A DNA stretch of 64,000 bases from Macrostomum hystrix (GCA_950097015.1 CATNEN010000029.1:2790001-2854000), one strand, 5' to 3'; numbered from the stretch's first letter, positions 1-14,199 are shown. Notes: generated by a model not told the origin, from the letters alone. Program-made: numbers and translations.

Positions 1-3000
1 CGCTATGATCCCAAACCGCTATGATCCCAAACCGCTATGATCCCAAACCGCTATGATCCCAAACTACTATGATCACAAACTTCTGTGATCCCAAACCGCA
101 ATGATTGCAAACTGCTTTGATGCCAAACTGCAATAATCGCAAACAGCAATGATCCCAAACTGCACTGATCCCATACTGCTTTGATCCGAAACTGCTATGA
201 TCCTAAAATGCTTTGATCCCAAACCGCTATGATCCCAAACCGCTATGATCCCAAACCGCTATGATCCCAAACTACTATGATCCCAAACTGCTGTGATCAC
301 AAACTTCTGTGATCCCAAACCGCAATGATTGCAAACAGCAATGATCCCAAACTGCACTGATCCCATACTGCTTTGATCCGAAACTGCTATGATCCTAAAA
401 TGCTTTGATCCCAAACTGCTATGATCCCAAACTGCTCTGATCCCATACTGCTATGATCCCAAACTGCTCTGATCCCATACTGCTTTGATCCGAAACTGCT
501 TTGATCCCAAACTGCTATGATCCGCAACTGCTTTGATCCCAAACTGCTCTGATCCCATACTGCTTTGATCCCAAACTGCTATGATCCTAAACTGCTATGA
601 TCCCAAACTGCTTTGATCCCAAACTGCTATGATCCTAAACTGCTATGATCCCAAACTGCTATGATCCCAAACTGCTTTGATCCCAAACTGCTTTGATCCC
701 AAACTGCTATGATCCCAAACTGCTCTGATCCCATACTGCTTTGATCCGAAACTGCTTTGATCCCAAACTGCTATGATCCGCAACTGCTTTGATCCCAAAC
801 AGCTATGATCCCAAACTGCTCTGATCCCATACTGCTTTGATCCCAAACTGCTATGATCCTAAAATGCTTTGATCCCAAACTGCTGTGATCCCAAACTGCT
901 TTGATCCCAAACTGCTGTGATCCCAAACTGCTCTGATCCCAAACTGCTGTGATCCCAAACTGCTTTGATCCCACACTGCTGTGATCCCAAACTGCTTTGA
1001 TCCCAAACTGCTTTGATCCCAAACTGCTTTGATCCCAAACTGCTTTGATCCCAAACTGCTTTCATCCCAAACTGCTCTGATCCCAAACTGCTTTGATCCG
1101 AAACTGCTTTGATCCCAAACTGCTGTGTTCCCAAACTGCTATGATCCCAAACTGCTGTGATCCCAAACTGCTATGATCCCAAACTGCTATGATCCCAAAC
1201 TGCTGTGTTCCCAAACTGCTATGATCCCAAACTGCTATGATCCCAAACTGCTATGATCCCAAACTGCTATGATCCCAAACTGCTATGATCCCAAACTGCT
1301 GTGTTCCCAAACTGCTATGATCCCACACTGCTGTGATCCCAAACTGCTGTGATCCCAAACTGCTTTGATCCCAAACTGCTTTGATCCCAAACTGCTGTGA
1401 TCCCAAACTGCTTTCATCCCAAACTGCTCTGATCCTAAACTGCTTTAATCCGAAACTGCTTTGATCCCAAACTGCTGTGTTCCCAAACTGCTATGATCCC
1501 AAACTGCTGTGATCCCAAACTGCTGTGATCCCAAACTGCTTTGATCCGAAACTGCTTTGATCCCAAACTGCTATGATCCGAAACTGCTCTGATCCCAAAC
1601 TGCTTTGATCCCACACTGCTATGATCCCAAACTGCTTTGATCCGAAACTGCTTTGATCCCAAACTGCTATGATCCGCAACTGCTTTGATCCCAAACAGCT
1701 ATGATCCCAAACTGCTCTGATCCCATACTGCTTTGATCCCAAACTGCTATGATCCTAAAATGCTTTGATCCCAAACTGCTGTGATCCCAAACTGCTTTGA
1801 TCCCAAACTGCTGTGATCCCAAACTGCTCTGATCCCAAACTGCTGTGATCCCAAACTGCTTTGATCCCACACTGCTGTGATCCCAAACTGCTTTGATCCC
1901 AAACTGCTTTGATCCCAAACTGCTTTGATCCCAAACTGCTTTCATCCCAAACTGCTCTGATCCCAAACTGCTTTGATCCGAAACTGCTTTGATCCCAAAC
2001 TGCTGTGTTCCCAAACTGCTATGATCCCAAACTGCTGTGATCCCAAACTGCTATGATCCCAAACTGCTATGATCCCAAACTGCTGTGTTCCCAAACTGCT
2101 ATGATCCCAAACTGCTATGATCCCAAACTGCTATGATCCCAAACTGCTATGATCCCAAACTGCTATGATCCCAAACTGCTGTGTTCCCAAACTGCTGTGA
2201 TCCCAAACTGCTGTGATCCCAAACTGCTTTGATCCCAAACTGCTTTCATCCCAAACTGCTCTGATCCCAAACTGCTTTGATCCGAAACTGCTTTGATCCC
2301 AAACTGCTTTGATCCCAAACTGCTTTGATCCCAAACTGCTTTGATCCCAAACTGCTTTCATCCCAAACTGCTGTGTTCCCAAACTGCTATGATCCCAAAC
2401 TGCTGTGTTCCCAAACTGCTGTGATCCCAAACTGCTATGATCCCAAACTGCTGTGATCCCAAACTGCTGTGATCCCAAACTGCTTTGATCCCAAACTGCT
2501 TTGATCCCAAACTGCTATGATCCGAAACTGCTTTGATCCCAAACTGCTGTGATCCCAAACTGCTTTGATCCCAAACTGCTGTGATCCCAAACTGCTATGA
2601 TCCCAAACTGCTTTGATCCGAAACTGCTTTGATCCCAAACTGCTGTGATCCCAAACTGCTTTGATCCAAAACTGCTGTGATCCCAAACTGCTTTGATCCC
2701 AAACTGCTGTGATCCCAAACTGCTGTGATCCCAAACTGCTTTGATCCCAAACTGCTGTGATCCCAAACTGCTTTGATCCCAAACTGCTGTGATCCCACAC
2801 TGCTATGATCCCAAACTGCTTTGATCCGAAACTGCTTTGATCCCAAACTGCTTTGATCCCAAACTGCTTTGATCCCAAACTGCTTTGATCCCAAACTGCT
2901 TTGATCCCAAACTGCTCTGATCCCAAACTGCTTTGACCCAAACTGCTATGATCCGAAACTGCTTTGATCCCAAACTGCTTTGATCCCAAACTGCTATGAT

Positions 3001-3708
3001 CCCAAACTGCTTTGACCCAAACTGCTATGATCCGAAACTGCTTTGATCCCAAACTGCTTTGATCCCAAACTGCTTTGATCCCAAACTGCTTTGACCCAAA
3101 CTGCTATGATCCCAAACTGCTTTGACCCAAACTGCTATGATCCGAAACTGCTTTGATCCCAAACTGCTTTGATCCCAAACTGCTGTGATCCCAAACTGCT
3201 TTGATCCCAAACTGCTATGATCTGAAACTGCTTTGATCCCAAACTGCTTTGATCCCAAACTGCTGTGATCCCAAACTGCTTTGATCCCAAACTGCTTTGA
3301 TCCCAAACTGCTATGATCCCAAACTGCTTTGACCCAAACTGCTTTGACCCAAACTGCTTTGATCCCAAACTGCTTTGATCCCAAACTGCTTTGATCCCAA
3401 ACTGCTTTGACCCAAACTGCTTTGATCCCAAACTGCTTTGATCCCAAACTGCTTTGATCCCAAACTGCTTTGATCCCAAACTGCTTTGACCCAAACTGCT
3501 ATGATCCGAAACTGCTTTGATCCCAAACTGCTTTGATCCCAAACTGCTATGATCCGAAACTGCTGTGATCCCAAACTGCTTTGATCCCAAACTGCTATGA
3601 TCCCAAACTGCTTTGATCCCAAACTGCTTTGACCCAAACTGCTATGATCCGAAACTGCTTTGATCCCAAACTGCTTTGATCCCAAACTGCTTTGATCCCA
3701 AACTGCTA
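1..3708. repeat. 16-bp minisatellite (TGATCCCAAACTGCT[A/T/G/C]), truncated by window start
   Basis: Continuous 16-bp periodicity with point variants; the minus-strand ORFs (GSKQFGIKAVWDQSSL) are translations of the unit. Confidence 0.98.
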
Positions 3709-5198
3709 TGCACGGAATTTGAAATTATATGCGCAAGCACACTAATTTCTGGGGGATTAGAAGGCTTGAATCCACCCACCCCATATTTTTGCGCCCCTCT
3801 ATATAATATATTTGGCCTCTTTTAAAAAACATGGCCCCCGCCTGTGCAAAACCCAGTGATTCGGTTGCCGGGGGCGGCTAAAACACTCGGGGAACACACG
3901 AGTCAGGTCCGAAGAACCCAGGTTTATCCGAATCCGTCTGTTGCGGTCTGTTTCCGGGGCGGGGTTCTATCGGAACTGGTCCAGCAGCATGCAGAGTCCA
4001 TGCATATTATAGTCAAAGTGAATGGACTGCCTTCACTGATGGATGATTCCGCCAAGTCCCCCCCTCTCTCTCTCTAGTCGAGCTTCGTTCAAAATTCGTT
4101 TCGGGCAATAGCGCAGGCGCCATCCCTTCCTACCCCCAGTGCCGTGCGCGTGTCAGAGGTATTGCCAATTTTCATGCACAGCCAGTCCATGACAGACCGG
4201 TGTGTTTGCTCTCTCTAGAATGGCAGCGAAACTTGTCAACGCTAGAGAAGGGAGCGAAGATTGCAGATGATCTCCATAGGACCCGGGTCCATGCGCACCT
4301 TTCAAGTAAAAAAGCATCTATTGCTTGCGTTTATGCAGCTTTCTGTGCCCGACAAAGGCCAAGGGTTAGATGATATTTCAATTTAATTCTAACCTTTTAT
4401 ATATAAGTTGGATGTAATTTTCTTCCCAAAAAATCTTTCCTTTTCATAGCATCCTATGCAGAAATCTGACTATTGTTCTTCAACCATAGCGCATGTTCTT
4501 GATCGGATTGTTCCCTTTATCCCAGGCAGCAACCAAAGCTTGTCAGATGATAAACAAAGGACAGAACATTTCGTTTTAACAGTACATCCATGACTAAGTG
4601 CCTACTTCACCACAGCTCCCAAACTGAATGACCGATTTTCGTGAAAGTCCACTTTTTACGATGAAAAAAACTTTTAAATCCGTCCAACATCAGCATCGTC
4701 GAGATCGTCAGCGATTCTTGTCGAAGTCCCTGGTGACAAGGAAAAACAAAATTGCTCTATGGCGAATCCATATTGGTTCAATAAGAAAAAAACATTATGT
4801 AATTAATATGATATACAACATGGTTACGAGTACATGATGAAATATTGTGAGCAGAATAAATGTGCCTAAAAATGTGGTTTTTGCCACCAGACACCCCGAC
4901 AAGAATCTATACTCGTCGAATATCCCGACGATGCCGATGTTTTTTTGATTCTGGAAGTTGTTTCATCGGGTAGAGTAGAAAATTGTAGTTCGAGTTTCAT
5001 ATGACTAATGGTTGAAAAGTTTGGGAGATACAGAAAAAATGAAAAATGTTCGTTTTTTAAATACCACTCCATGGTTTTCTGCGCCATCTACCGTCATGCG
5101 GTCTCATTGACAAACTTAATTCAGGTATGAGGAATGATACGACTGAATACTCAAATATCGCCCCTCCCTATATCGGCTAGCAACTCGCCGCCCTATCT

Positions 5199-5212
5199 GT
5201 TACCATGGCAAC
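5199..5212. promoter_or_regulatory. RFX X-box (GTTACCATGGCAAC)
   Basis: Near-perfect 14-bp palindromic X-box consensus, with a half site CTAGCAAC at about 5177. Target gene not identified. Confidence 0.5.
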
Positions 5213-5929
5213 TAGCCTTATCTTTGGCCTTCGCCATCCGACTTCCTTACAGCCGGCGGGTCGTGTCTCTTCAAAGTAGTTCCGCTTCCCCCTAGATATC
5301 CCCACAGCCGTCAACTCGTGTGTCCAGTCCATCCGCATTGCGAGCCACAGAAGATCTCCCAACCCAGCTGTCACTAGGGGGGGGGGCATCAAGCATTTGT
5401 ACTTTTAGTTGCAACGAAGGATCCTACTTCACTGCTAGCTGAAAACTGATGCAACAGGGCGCTGGGCCGTCCATTGTCTGCAGAATATTCTTCTTTCTAA
5501 AGAACAGACAGAGTAAGAATCCAAAAATTGCATACCAAATAAGGCCTCATCCTTGTCCTCATGGTGGGCGGATGGCTACCCTCAGGGCTCTGAGCAGGCA
5601 ATTGTGAAGCCCTTGATGTCACAGCTAAGGAAGGGTCTTACACTTACGATAGGGCGAGAAAATTTCCCTAATTGGGAAGCTGGTAAGTAGGAGAGAAATC
5701 GTTAACAATTATTGCCCACAGAATTGTTTAGCAAAGTAAAAAAACCCATTGTAGTCTTGCGTGACAACATTTTCTCAATTGTTCCGCCATTTCTAGATTG
5801 CTGGAAGACATTGTAGAGTAGCAAGCTAAACTCAGTTTCAGCCCAGTTTGCTCATGCTCGGCATGACCCACCAATGTCTATGGTAAAAGACAGGTTTAGC
5901 CTATCCTAACCTATTAATAATTAATAATG

Positions 5930-6150
5930 GTAATAATAAATTTAATTTATTATACCTGCCCCAACCGGGCCAGATACACAGCTGACAGTCGAAGCTATTG
6001 CGCATCTGAAGGCTGCGTACGGCTGTTCAGTCCATGGACTGGGGAGATGCCACATCCACTCTCAATTACCCCATCTGATGCTGGCAATCATTTAAGAGCT
6101 GGGTGAACTGAAGCAATTCAGAGTTAACTGGATTGCTAAAGGACACAGAT
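5930..6150 (-). mobile_element. SINE-like family B, 3' portion with TTA-rich tail
   Basis: Shares GCATCTGAAGGCTG..GTTCAGTCCATGGACTGGGG..CAATTACCCCA..CTGGGTGAACTGAAG with the copies at about 21.3 kb and 34.5 kb. Confidence 0.7.
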
Positions 6151-6809
6151 TGTGGGGCTTGTCGTGCACACTGAGAGCCCACAGCCCCTTTTCAACTATA
6201 TAATAGTAAACAATACAAAACTTATTTTGTAGATATCCTCAGTGCGGTATTGCCCATGCCTCTTCACTTTTCCCTTAGTTGCTAAGGCGAGGCCTCCAAT
6301 GTTGGCCGCTGACTGATTGTTTTAATGAATTATTTAACCTGGCTCCAAGGGAGTTCGCTTCCAGTTGAGACACTTCAGCAACAAACGGTAGAGTCTGCTA
6401 TGTAAACAGGTTACATTTTCCGTTCTCAAACTATACTTCAAGAGTAGAAAAATACGATTATATAATTTTCTTATCGATTCTTATCGCTTCAACAAATTAA
6501 ATTGTTTACTATTTTTCTGCTTTAAATAATTGCACTTTTCTGAGCTGTATTCGAAGGCTTCAGAAAAATTGACAAGCAATGAGTGTTTATTTCTGTCCGT
6601 TGTCAAATGTCCTAGAGCTAAGTCATTGCGTTTCTCCTGGGAGACTCCATGCAGGAAGAAGCAGGGTAGGAGTTTTGTGAAAGCAAAAAATACAAGTGTA
6701 GATTGAAATTTGGACAAATTTTTTATCACATTTAAGTCAATCACTCTAGACTTATTAGATGCCTGTCAAATTATTAAATCTTCATTGTTAAACAACTATT
6801 TGAACTTAT

Positions 6810-7100
6810 TTATAACACCTCCTTATCATTCAGTTGTTCATAACACACTCTCCTTATCAATCAGTTGTTCATAACACACTCTCCTTATCATTCAGTTGTT
6901 CATAACACCCTCTCCTTATCATTCAGCTGTTCATAACACCCTCTCCTTATCATTCAGTTGTTCATAACACCCTCTATTTATCATTCAGTTGTTCATAACA
7001 CCCTCTATTTATCATTCAGTTGTTCATTCCACCCTCTCCTTATCATTCAGCTGTTCATAACACCCTCTCCTTATAATTCAGTTGTTCATAACACCCTCTC
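6810..7100. repeat. 31-bp minisatellite (TCATTCAGTTGTTCATAACACCCTCTCCTTA)
   Basis: About 9 tandem units just upstream of the GPCR first coding exon. Confidence 0.95.
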
Positions 7101-7174
7101 CATATCTTTCTGCTTTTTATTAACCTTCATACGAGCGTAACATTTATTTCCCAGCAGCAGATCCAAGCAGCTCG

Positions 7175-10100
7175 ATGTACCAAAACAACGCGTCCCTGGC
7201 CGCAGCGGGCCCTGGTGGCAACAGCAGTCGCACAGCTTGCCCAAGATTTGATTGGTTTCCCATAGAGGTGGAACATCCGGCATACCTGTCCCAGCTGTGC
7301 GCCATCACTGTCGGATTGGTGCTGAACGCCCTGACTCTAGGCGTGTTCTCAACCGGCAAGGAGTTCAAAGGTGCGCCCTTCGTGTTCATGTGGGCTCTGG
7401 CCTTGTCCGACATCTGCAACCTGCTGGTCAAATGGCCCGAGTGCTTCGTCATGGCCACAAGAGAGTGAGTGGAACCCTGTTGTAGACAGTGCAACCCACA
7501 TAGAAAGTGCAACCCCACAGACAGTACAATCCACAGACAGTGCAACCCCATAGACAGTGCAACCCACATAGAAAGTGCAACCCCACAGACAGTACAATCC
7601 ACAGACAGTGCAACCCCATAGACAGTGCAACCCCACAGACTGTGCAACCCACAGACAGTGCAACCCCATAGACAGTGCAACCGCACAGACAGTGCAACCC
7701 CACAGACAGTGCAACCCCACAGACAGTGCAACCCACAGACAGTGCAACCCCACAGACAGTGCAACCCCACAGACAGTGCAACCCCACAGACAGTGCAACC
7801 CACAGACAGTGCAACCCCACAGACAGTGCAACCCCACAGACAGTGCAACCCCATAGACAGTGCAACCCCACAGACTGTGCAACCCACAGACAGTGCAACC
7901 CCATAGACAGTGCAACCCCACAGACAGTGCAACCCCACAGACAGTGCAACCCCACAGACAGTGCAACCCACAGACAGTGCAACCCCACAGACAGTGCAAC
8001 CCCACAGACAGTGCAACCCCACAGACAGTGCAACCCACAGACAGTGCAACCCCACAGACAGTGCAACCCCACAGACAGTGCAACCCCACAGACAGTGCAA
8101 CCCACAGACAGTGCAACCCCACAGACAGTGCAACCCCACAGACAGTGCAACCCACAGACAGTGCAACCCCACAGACAGTGCAACCTCACAGACAGTGCAA
8201 CCCCACAGACAGTGCAACCCCACAGACAGTGCAACCCACAGACAGTGCAACCCCACAGACAGTGCAACCCCACAGACAGTGCAACCCCACAGACAGTGCA
8301 ACCCACAGACAGTGCAACCCCACAGACAGTGCAACCCCACACATTCAGTGCAACCCACAGACTGTGCAACGCCACAGACAGTGCAACCCCACAGACAGTG
8401 CAACCCCACAGACAGTGCAACCCCACAGACAGTGCAACACACTCGCTCTCATCAAAGCGACAATAAATCGCTTTATCATCGGTCAGACCAGATTCGGCCC
8501 TCAGCAGCCCCCAAAGCCTCATACTCAAGACTTGAATTCTAAGAAACTTTTCCTACCAAGCCGCATTTCCTGCCCGCAACATCTCCGCTCTGGCCCTCCT
8601 AGAAGAGAAACCAGAAACATGAAGAGGCTGCTTGGGACGCCATGGACCGGGTCAATAGTTGATCCCACTTCCTGCCTCTCATTAAACGGGATGTGATTGC
8701 TGCACAGAAGGATGGAGCAAAGGGGGTAGAGACAGCAATGAATGAGAGGATTCCTCAGCAAGGCGCTAAGCAGGCCAGGAATTGATTAGTGGCAGCTCGA
8801 TTGCTCTTGTTTTAGTTATTTATTTCCTCTGGTCTCTTCTTCCGTTTTTTCTTCCAGTTCCTTTTTTCCAGTGTTATAGCCCAGGGACACAGGGCGCATT
8901 GGGTCTGATAGGAGAGAGACAGCCCGGGAGCTCCAGAAATTTGGGACGCCAAACAGCTGCTGCTGCCGCTGCTGCTGCTGCTGGTGCTGCTGGTGGCGTG
9001 TCTGCACTTGAAAAAATCAATGCAAACTCTGCTTGTGTTACACTGACCAAAGACTAGCTCTTTTGCCTGAGCGGATGAAGGGTTTAATTAATTTAGGGAA
9101 TCTGCGACCCCCCAGGCAGAGGAGGTAGCAGCAGCAGCAGCAGCAGCAGCAGCAGCTTGCGTGTCATCTCACTGTTCTAATACTCCCATCTTGTTATTCG
9201 TGTTTACAGACCTGTCTCAACTAGTTAAAACGATTTAGCCATCTTTCAGTTGTGCTATTTTGCACTTAGCCAAACCCGCTGATTCAGAGGCGGGGGAATA
9301 TAATAAATAGGCGAACATTAATATTAATCAGGCACTTATTATTCCGGAGAGGACTCGAGCGAGTGAGTAAGCGATTTTGGCGAGAAAGATGAGGACTTGC
9401 CGACTCAGAATCCCCCGGGTATTGTGCATTGGGACATGGATGAAGCTGTGTGTGCACTCAGCAACCAAAACTCACTCAGTACTCACACGCCACCAAACCC
9501 AGAAGGTACCCAAATAATCGCTTAAGGCTTGCTGCTTGGGCCTTTTGGGGTGGGCGAAAGGATCGTCCAATTTCGGAATTGATCCAAGGGGACTCTAGAA
9601 AGTTTAGATCAGAATTGGAAACTTTTATCTAGGCTGGGGTGTACTAGGCTATCTTCTGGCTGCTTCATCTCGCCGAAACCTTCCCATCGCTTTTACCATA
9701 CTTACTGCAGGTGCTCTAAAAATAAACCATCTCTTCTTAACCATATCCAATAAATCTACTCTGTCTACTCACCCTACTCTCTCTCTACTCACCCTACTCT
9801 CTCTCTACTCACCCTACTCTCTCTACTCACCCTACTCTCTCTACCCACCCTACTCTCTCTACTCACCCTACTCTCTCTCTACTCACCCTACTCTCTCTAC
9901 TCACCCTACTCTCTCTCTACTCACCCTACTCTCTCTCTACTCACCCTACTCTCTCTCTACTCACCCTACTCTCTCTACTCACCCTACTCTCTCTACTCAC
10001 CCTACTCTCTCTACTCACCCTACTCTCTCTACCCACCCTACTCTCTCTACTCACCCTACTCTCTCTCTACTCACCCTACTCTCTCTACTCACCCTACTCT

Positions 10101-11481
10101 CTCTACTCACCATACTCTCTCTCTACTCACCCTACTCTCTCTCTACTCACCCTACTCTCTCTCTACTCACCCTACTCTCTCTACTCACCCTACTCTCTCT
10201 ACTCACCCTACTCTCTCTACTCACCCTACTCTCTCTACTCACCCTACTCTCTCTACCCACCCTACTCTCTCTACTCACTTTCCCTCTACTTGGCGGTCAG
10301 TTTCAAAGTCTCCAAGCCCTTTTATTCAGTTCTACTCACTATCAGCTGATGGCTGCTAAAAAGTCCCTTTTCCCGTCCGTTGGATCGGGAACGACAAACA
10401 TTCTAGTTTGAGTTACGGGATTTAGGGTAAAAAAGTGGGAAATATTATGGCAGCGAATTTTTTTGAGAGTGAAAGTGGAGATGAGCCTAGCGTCCATATC
10501 TGGCAGAGGTCTGTTTGTGCCGCTGTCCGAAGCGGTGTTTGAGAGGCCTTACTAGCTGTAGCGGTACCCAGAGGCGGCGAGACTCAAACAGCTGAGCAAA
10601 CACTAAACATCCTCCGCTTGCTGTCGCACCACGCTCTGCCTCCAAACCGCTCCGCTCTAATTTTTGTTCGCAACTCAGGAAGCCCAAAGGTTGGCCATTT
10701 CTAAAGGACGTCAAGCTGTACATGTACTACATGTGGTCCAACTACCTCAATCCTATCGGCAATATCACTGAGAACATCAGCGTTTGGCTCATTGTCTGCC
10801 TGGCTCTGGAGCGCTACATTTCCATGAAGCACTACAACATCGCCAAGACTCGATGCACTTCGCGAAACGCCATTCTGGTAACGTTCAGCATCCTTGGGAT
10901 TGCCAGCCTCATCAATCTGTTCTCATTCTTCGGCATGCGCGCCTACTATGGCCACGACGGCAACGAGACTTTCGTTGGCGGCCGGGCGTCGCATTTCTAT
11001 AGCACCGTCTGGTACGAGCTGTGCGTGTGGCTGCGCGCCTGCGCCGCCCAGTTCCTGCCTCTGGTGTTCCTGGCTGTGGCCAACTGTCGCCTGATTTTTG
11101 TACTTCGACGCCAGTCGCGCAAAATGAAAAAGTACTCGCAGCCGCAGCAGCCGGCCGCCCAGCAGGTCGCCTCTCCGTTGAAACGCTCGAGCGTTAATTC
11201 CAGGCGACACGCAGCCCAGAGGCGCCTCACCGTCATGCTGGTGGTGGTCATTGGCCTGGTTCTGTTCGGCCAGATTCCACAGGCCTTCTCATTTCACAAG
11301 CTGTTCAGCTTGATCTTCCGCTGCCCGCCTGGCTGCCTGCTAGACCGATGCCTGGTCTACCGAAAGTACAAACTGTTGGCGAACATCCCCAACCTGCTCT
11401 GCTACAGCTGCAACTTCTTCATCTACTTCGGCTTGAACAAGCATTTCCGCAGTCACGTGATACAAATGTTCTCTGGTCGCG

Positions 11482-11517
<36 letters not shown>

Positions 11518-11759
11518 CTGCAGATGAGACGGGCCGAAGAAGCTCCGGAAATGGGTTGTACACAGCTGTGCAAGCGGATCGGACTGTTGTTGCTGCGGCC
11601 ACAGCCGCTGCCACCACCGCCGCCGCCGCCGCCGCCGACGCCGCCGATATCGTTGACGACGAAGACAACGTCGAGCTGGACGCGGAGGTCGGTAACCAGC
11701 TCCCCCTCCTCCAGCTACCGAAGACGCAGCAGCCGCCGCCGCTTCAACCATCAGCGTAG
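7175..11759 (+). CDS. Class A (rhodopsin-like) peptide GPCR, FMRFamide/myosuppressin/sex-peptide-receptor-like group; exons 7175-7464 and 10679-11759, 456 aa
   Basis: The GA|gtgagt donor joins the ctcag|G acceptor in frame (1371 nt = 457 codons). Motifs: TM2 LALSD, TM3 LALERY, TM6 LFGQIPQAF, TM7 CYSCNFFIY, helix 8 NKHFR, N-terminal N-glycosylation sequons NAS/NSS. Confidence 0.92.
7480..8440. repeat. 17/16-bp minisatellite (CAGACAGTGCAACCCCA) in GPCR intron
   Basis: Starts about 15 bp after the donor site; explains the ORFs QTVQPHRQCNPTDSATP and VGLHCLWGCTVCGVALS. Confidence 0.97.
9755..10290. repeat. 18/20-bp CT-rich minisatellite (CTCTCTACTCACCCTACT) in GPCR intron
   Basis: Direct periodicity. 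Confidence 0.96.
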
Positions 11760-12689
11760 AGACGGATATTTCTCAACTCAACGCGCGCGCGTACAATCCA
11801 AATGCAGGATTGTCTGTTGTCCATTTTTCATAATCTCGAATTTCAATTTTCATGCACCATGCAAAGTTTTAACAAATGATTTCTTCTCGTTTCCCGAATT
11901 TCACGAACCATTTGCAGGAAATTGTAAAGAAATGTTCTTCTTTGATCGTCAAATAATGTCCAATTGAATGTTTATACTTTACATGACCAACATAAGGATT
12001 GTACTCTTCATCAGATGATTAACTACATGCGACTGAACATGCCTATGTCTAATTTCTGTGAAACTTCAACGAAAAAGGACCGCTCTCATATTTTCTTATT
12101 TTATTACTCCGCTATTTTCTAGATTTTGATACAGTCTATAAATCAAAACTCCAAGCACACACACTCACACACACTTCAGACTGTCATTGTGCCATTAGAT
12201 GATGAATAGCTCATACTTGGATGAGAAATGTCACATTCTCAGACGTAAGGATGAGCTATGCTTAAAATTTACAGCCAACTATTGTAACTATGGCTCTCCA
12301 GCTATGATGATCAGTTTGGTTGGCATAGAAAATCAATAAGTTGCATTTGCTATCGCATTAAGATTTCATCTCTTAGAAGGAATTAGCGTATCCGCGTTTG
12401 TCCTATTAAAATGATAAGCTACGAGAAATATTTTGCACTTTCTGACTTACACTCCTACAGTATGTTTGCGTTTTATCCTAATGCAACATTCTCTCTTCTT
12501 GGCACCAGTCTTCTACTGCATTGAAAAATTGGATTAAAGTACATTTTTAAATACACTTGGGTTCTCCCACCATTGTGAGTTTTTCTTATAAATTAAATTT
12601 AAATTTCGTTGAAATACATTCTTTTGTTATTATGAATAATATTATCCTGCAGTATGATTTATATTATATTTATACTATCCCCCGACTGT

Positions 12690-13550
12690 CAATTGACAGT
12701 TTATCCCATAGACAGTTGATCCCATTACAGTTTATCTCACTGAAAGTTTATCCCATAGACAGTTTATCCCATAGACAGTTTATCCCATAGACAGTTTATC
12801 CCATAGACAGTTGATCCCATTACAGTTTATCTCACTGACAGTTTATCCCATAGACAGTTTATTCCATAGACAGTTGATCCCATTACAGTTTATCTCACTG
12901 ACAGTTTATCCCATAGACAGTTTATCCCATAGACAGTTTATCCCATAGACAGTTGATCCCATTACAGTTTATCTCACTGACAGTTTATCCCATAGACAGT
13001 TTATCCCATAGAAAGTTTATCCCATAGACAGTTGATCCCATAGACAGTTTATCCCATAGACAATTTATCCAATAGACAGTTTATCCCATAGAAACTTTAT
13101 CTCATAGACAGTTGATCCCATTACAGTTTATCTCATAGACAGTTGATCCCATAGACAGTTTATTCCATAGACAGTTTATGCCATAGACAGTTTATCCCAT
13201 AGAAACTTTATCTCATAGACAGTTGATCCCATTACAGTTTATCCCATAGAAACTTTATCCCATAGACAGTTTATCCCATAGAAACGTTATCCCATAGACA
13301 GTTTATCCCATAGAAACTTTATCTCATAGACAGTTGATCCCATTACAGTTTATCCCATAGACAGTTTATCCCATAGAAACTTTATCTCATAGACAGTTGA
13401 TCCCATTACAGTTTATCCCATAGACAGTTTATCCCATAGAAACTTTATCCCATAGACAGTTGATCCCATTACAGCTTATCTCATTGACAGTTGATCCCAT
13501 TACAGTTTATCTCATTGACAGTTTATCCCATTAATAGTTTGTCTCACAGA
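12690..13550. repeat. 16-bp minisatellite (GACAGTTTATCCCATA)
   Basis: Direct periodicity. Confidence 0.96.
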
Positions 13551-14199
13551 CAATTGATTAAAAAAATCTCAAAACAAATTTATATTTTCAAAATCAGATT
13601 TCAGATGTTATGAGGAAAAAGCAGAAGAAGGAGTGTTTACTTTGGAAATTTGAAGTGCCTCTTTCAGAGCAGATAAGACACAACGATGCAGCTTTGCACC
13701 TTGGCCTAATTTGGAAATCTTAAAGAAAGGAAGGGAAACACAAGCCAAGGCGAGCTGGTTGCCTAGGGCCTCATCTTTCATAGCCGGCTCACAGCTGCCT
13801 GAGTCTCCCACACACAGCTGTGAACAAACCTGAGAAGAAAAGTTTTCACTATGCAATTCAATAGGCTGCATGATGGGGCGGGTGGGCAGCGAGGTGGGTG
13901 GAGCGACTGGGGCAGCTCAGAAGAGAATGGGATTCCAAAGCAGTCTCTTCTATGTAACTCACACCAGCCTCGTGCACCTGCTAGTGTTCCCCCTGGCTTC
14001 TAAAGAAAAAACAGGGGGGGGGGAATACTTAAACAGCTCGGCACATAAAACTTTCTTTGCAAAACAACGTGCAACTTATTTTGCCCAGCTTTGTTCGGCC
14101 ATCAATAACAGCTAGGGAGTTGAATAACTTCAGCACACAATTGCTGCATATCTGTGATTCTTACAGGAGATAACAGGAGATAGCTAACTCCCAACCAGA

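Noticed and set aside
643-3685. Many overlapping minus-strand ORFs (GSKQFGIKAVWDQSSL)
   Set aside because: Translations of a 16-bp satellite; all three frames give the same permuted peptide.
7144-8696. Long Cys-rich or Gln/Pro-rich ORFs up to 432 aa
   Set aside because: They derive from the 17-bp array inside the GPCR intron.
13608-13830. Minus-strand open segment with a good acceptor (TTTTCTTCTCAG) and protein-like composition
   Set aside because: No recognisable motif and no partner exons; left unannotated pending BLAST or RNA-seq.
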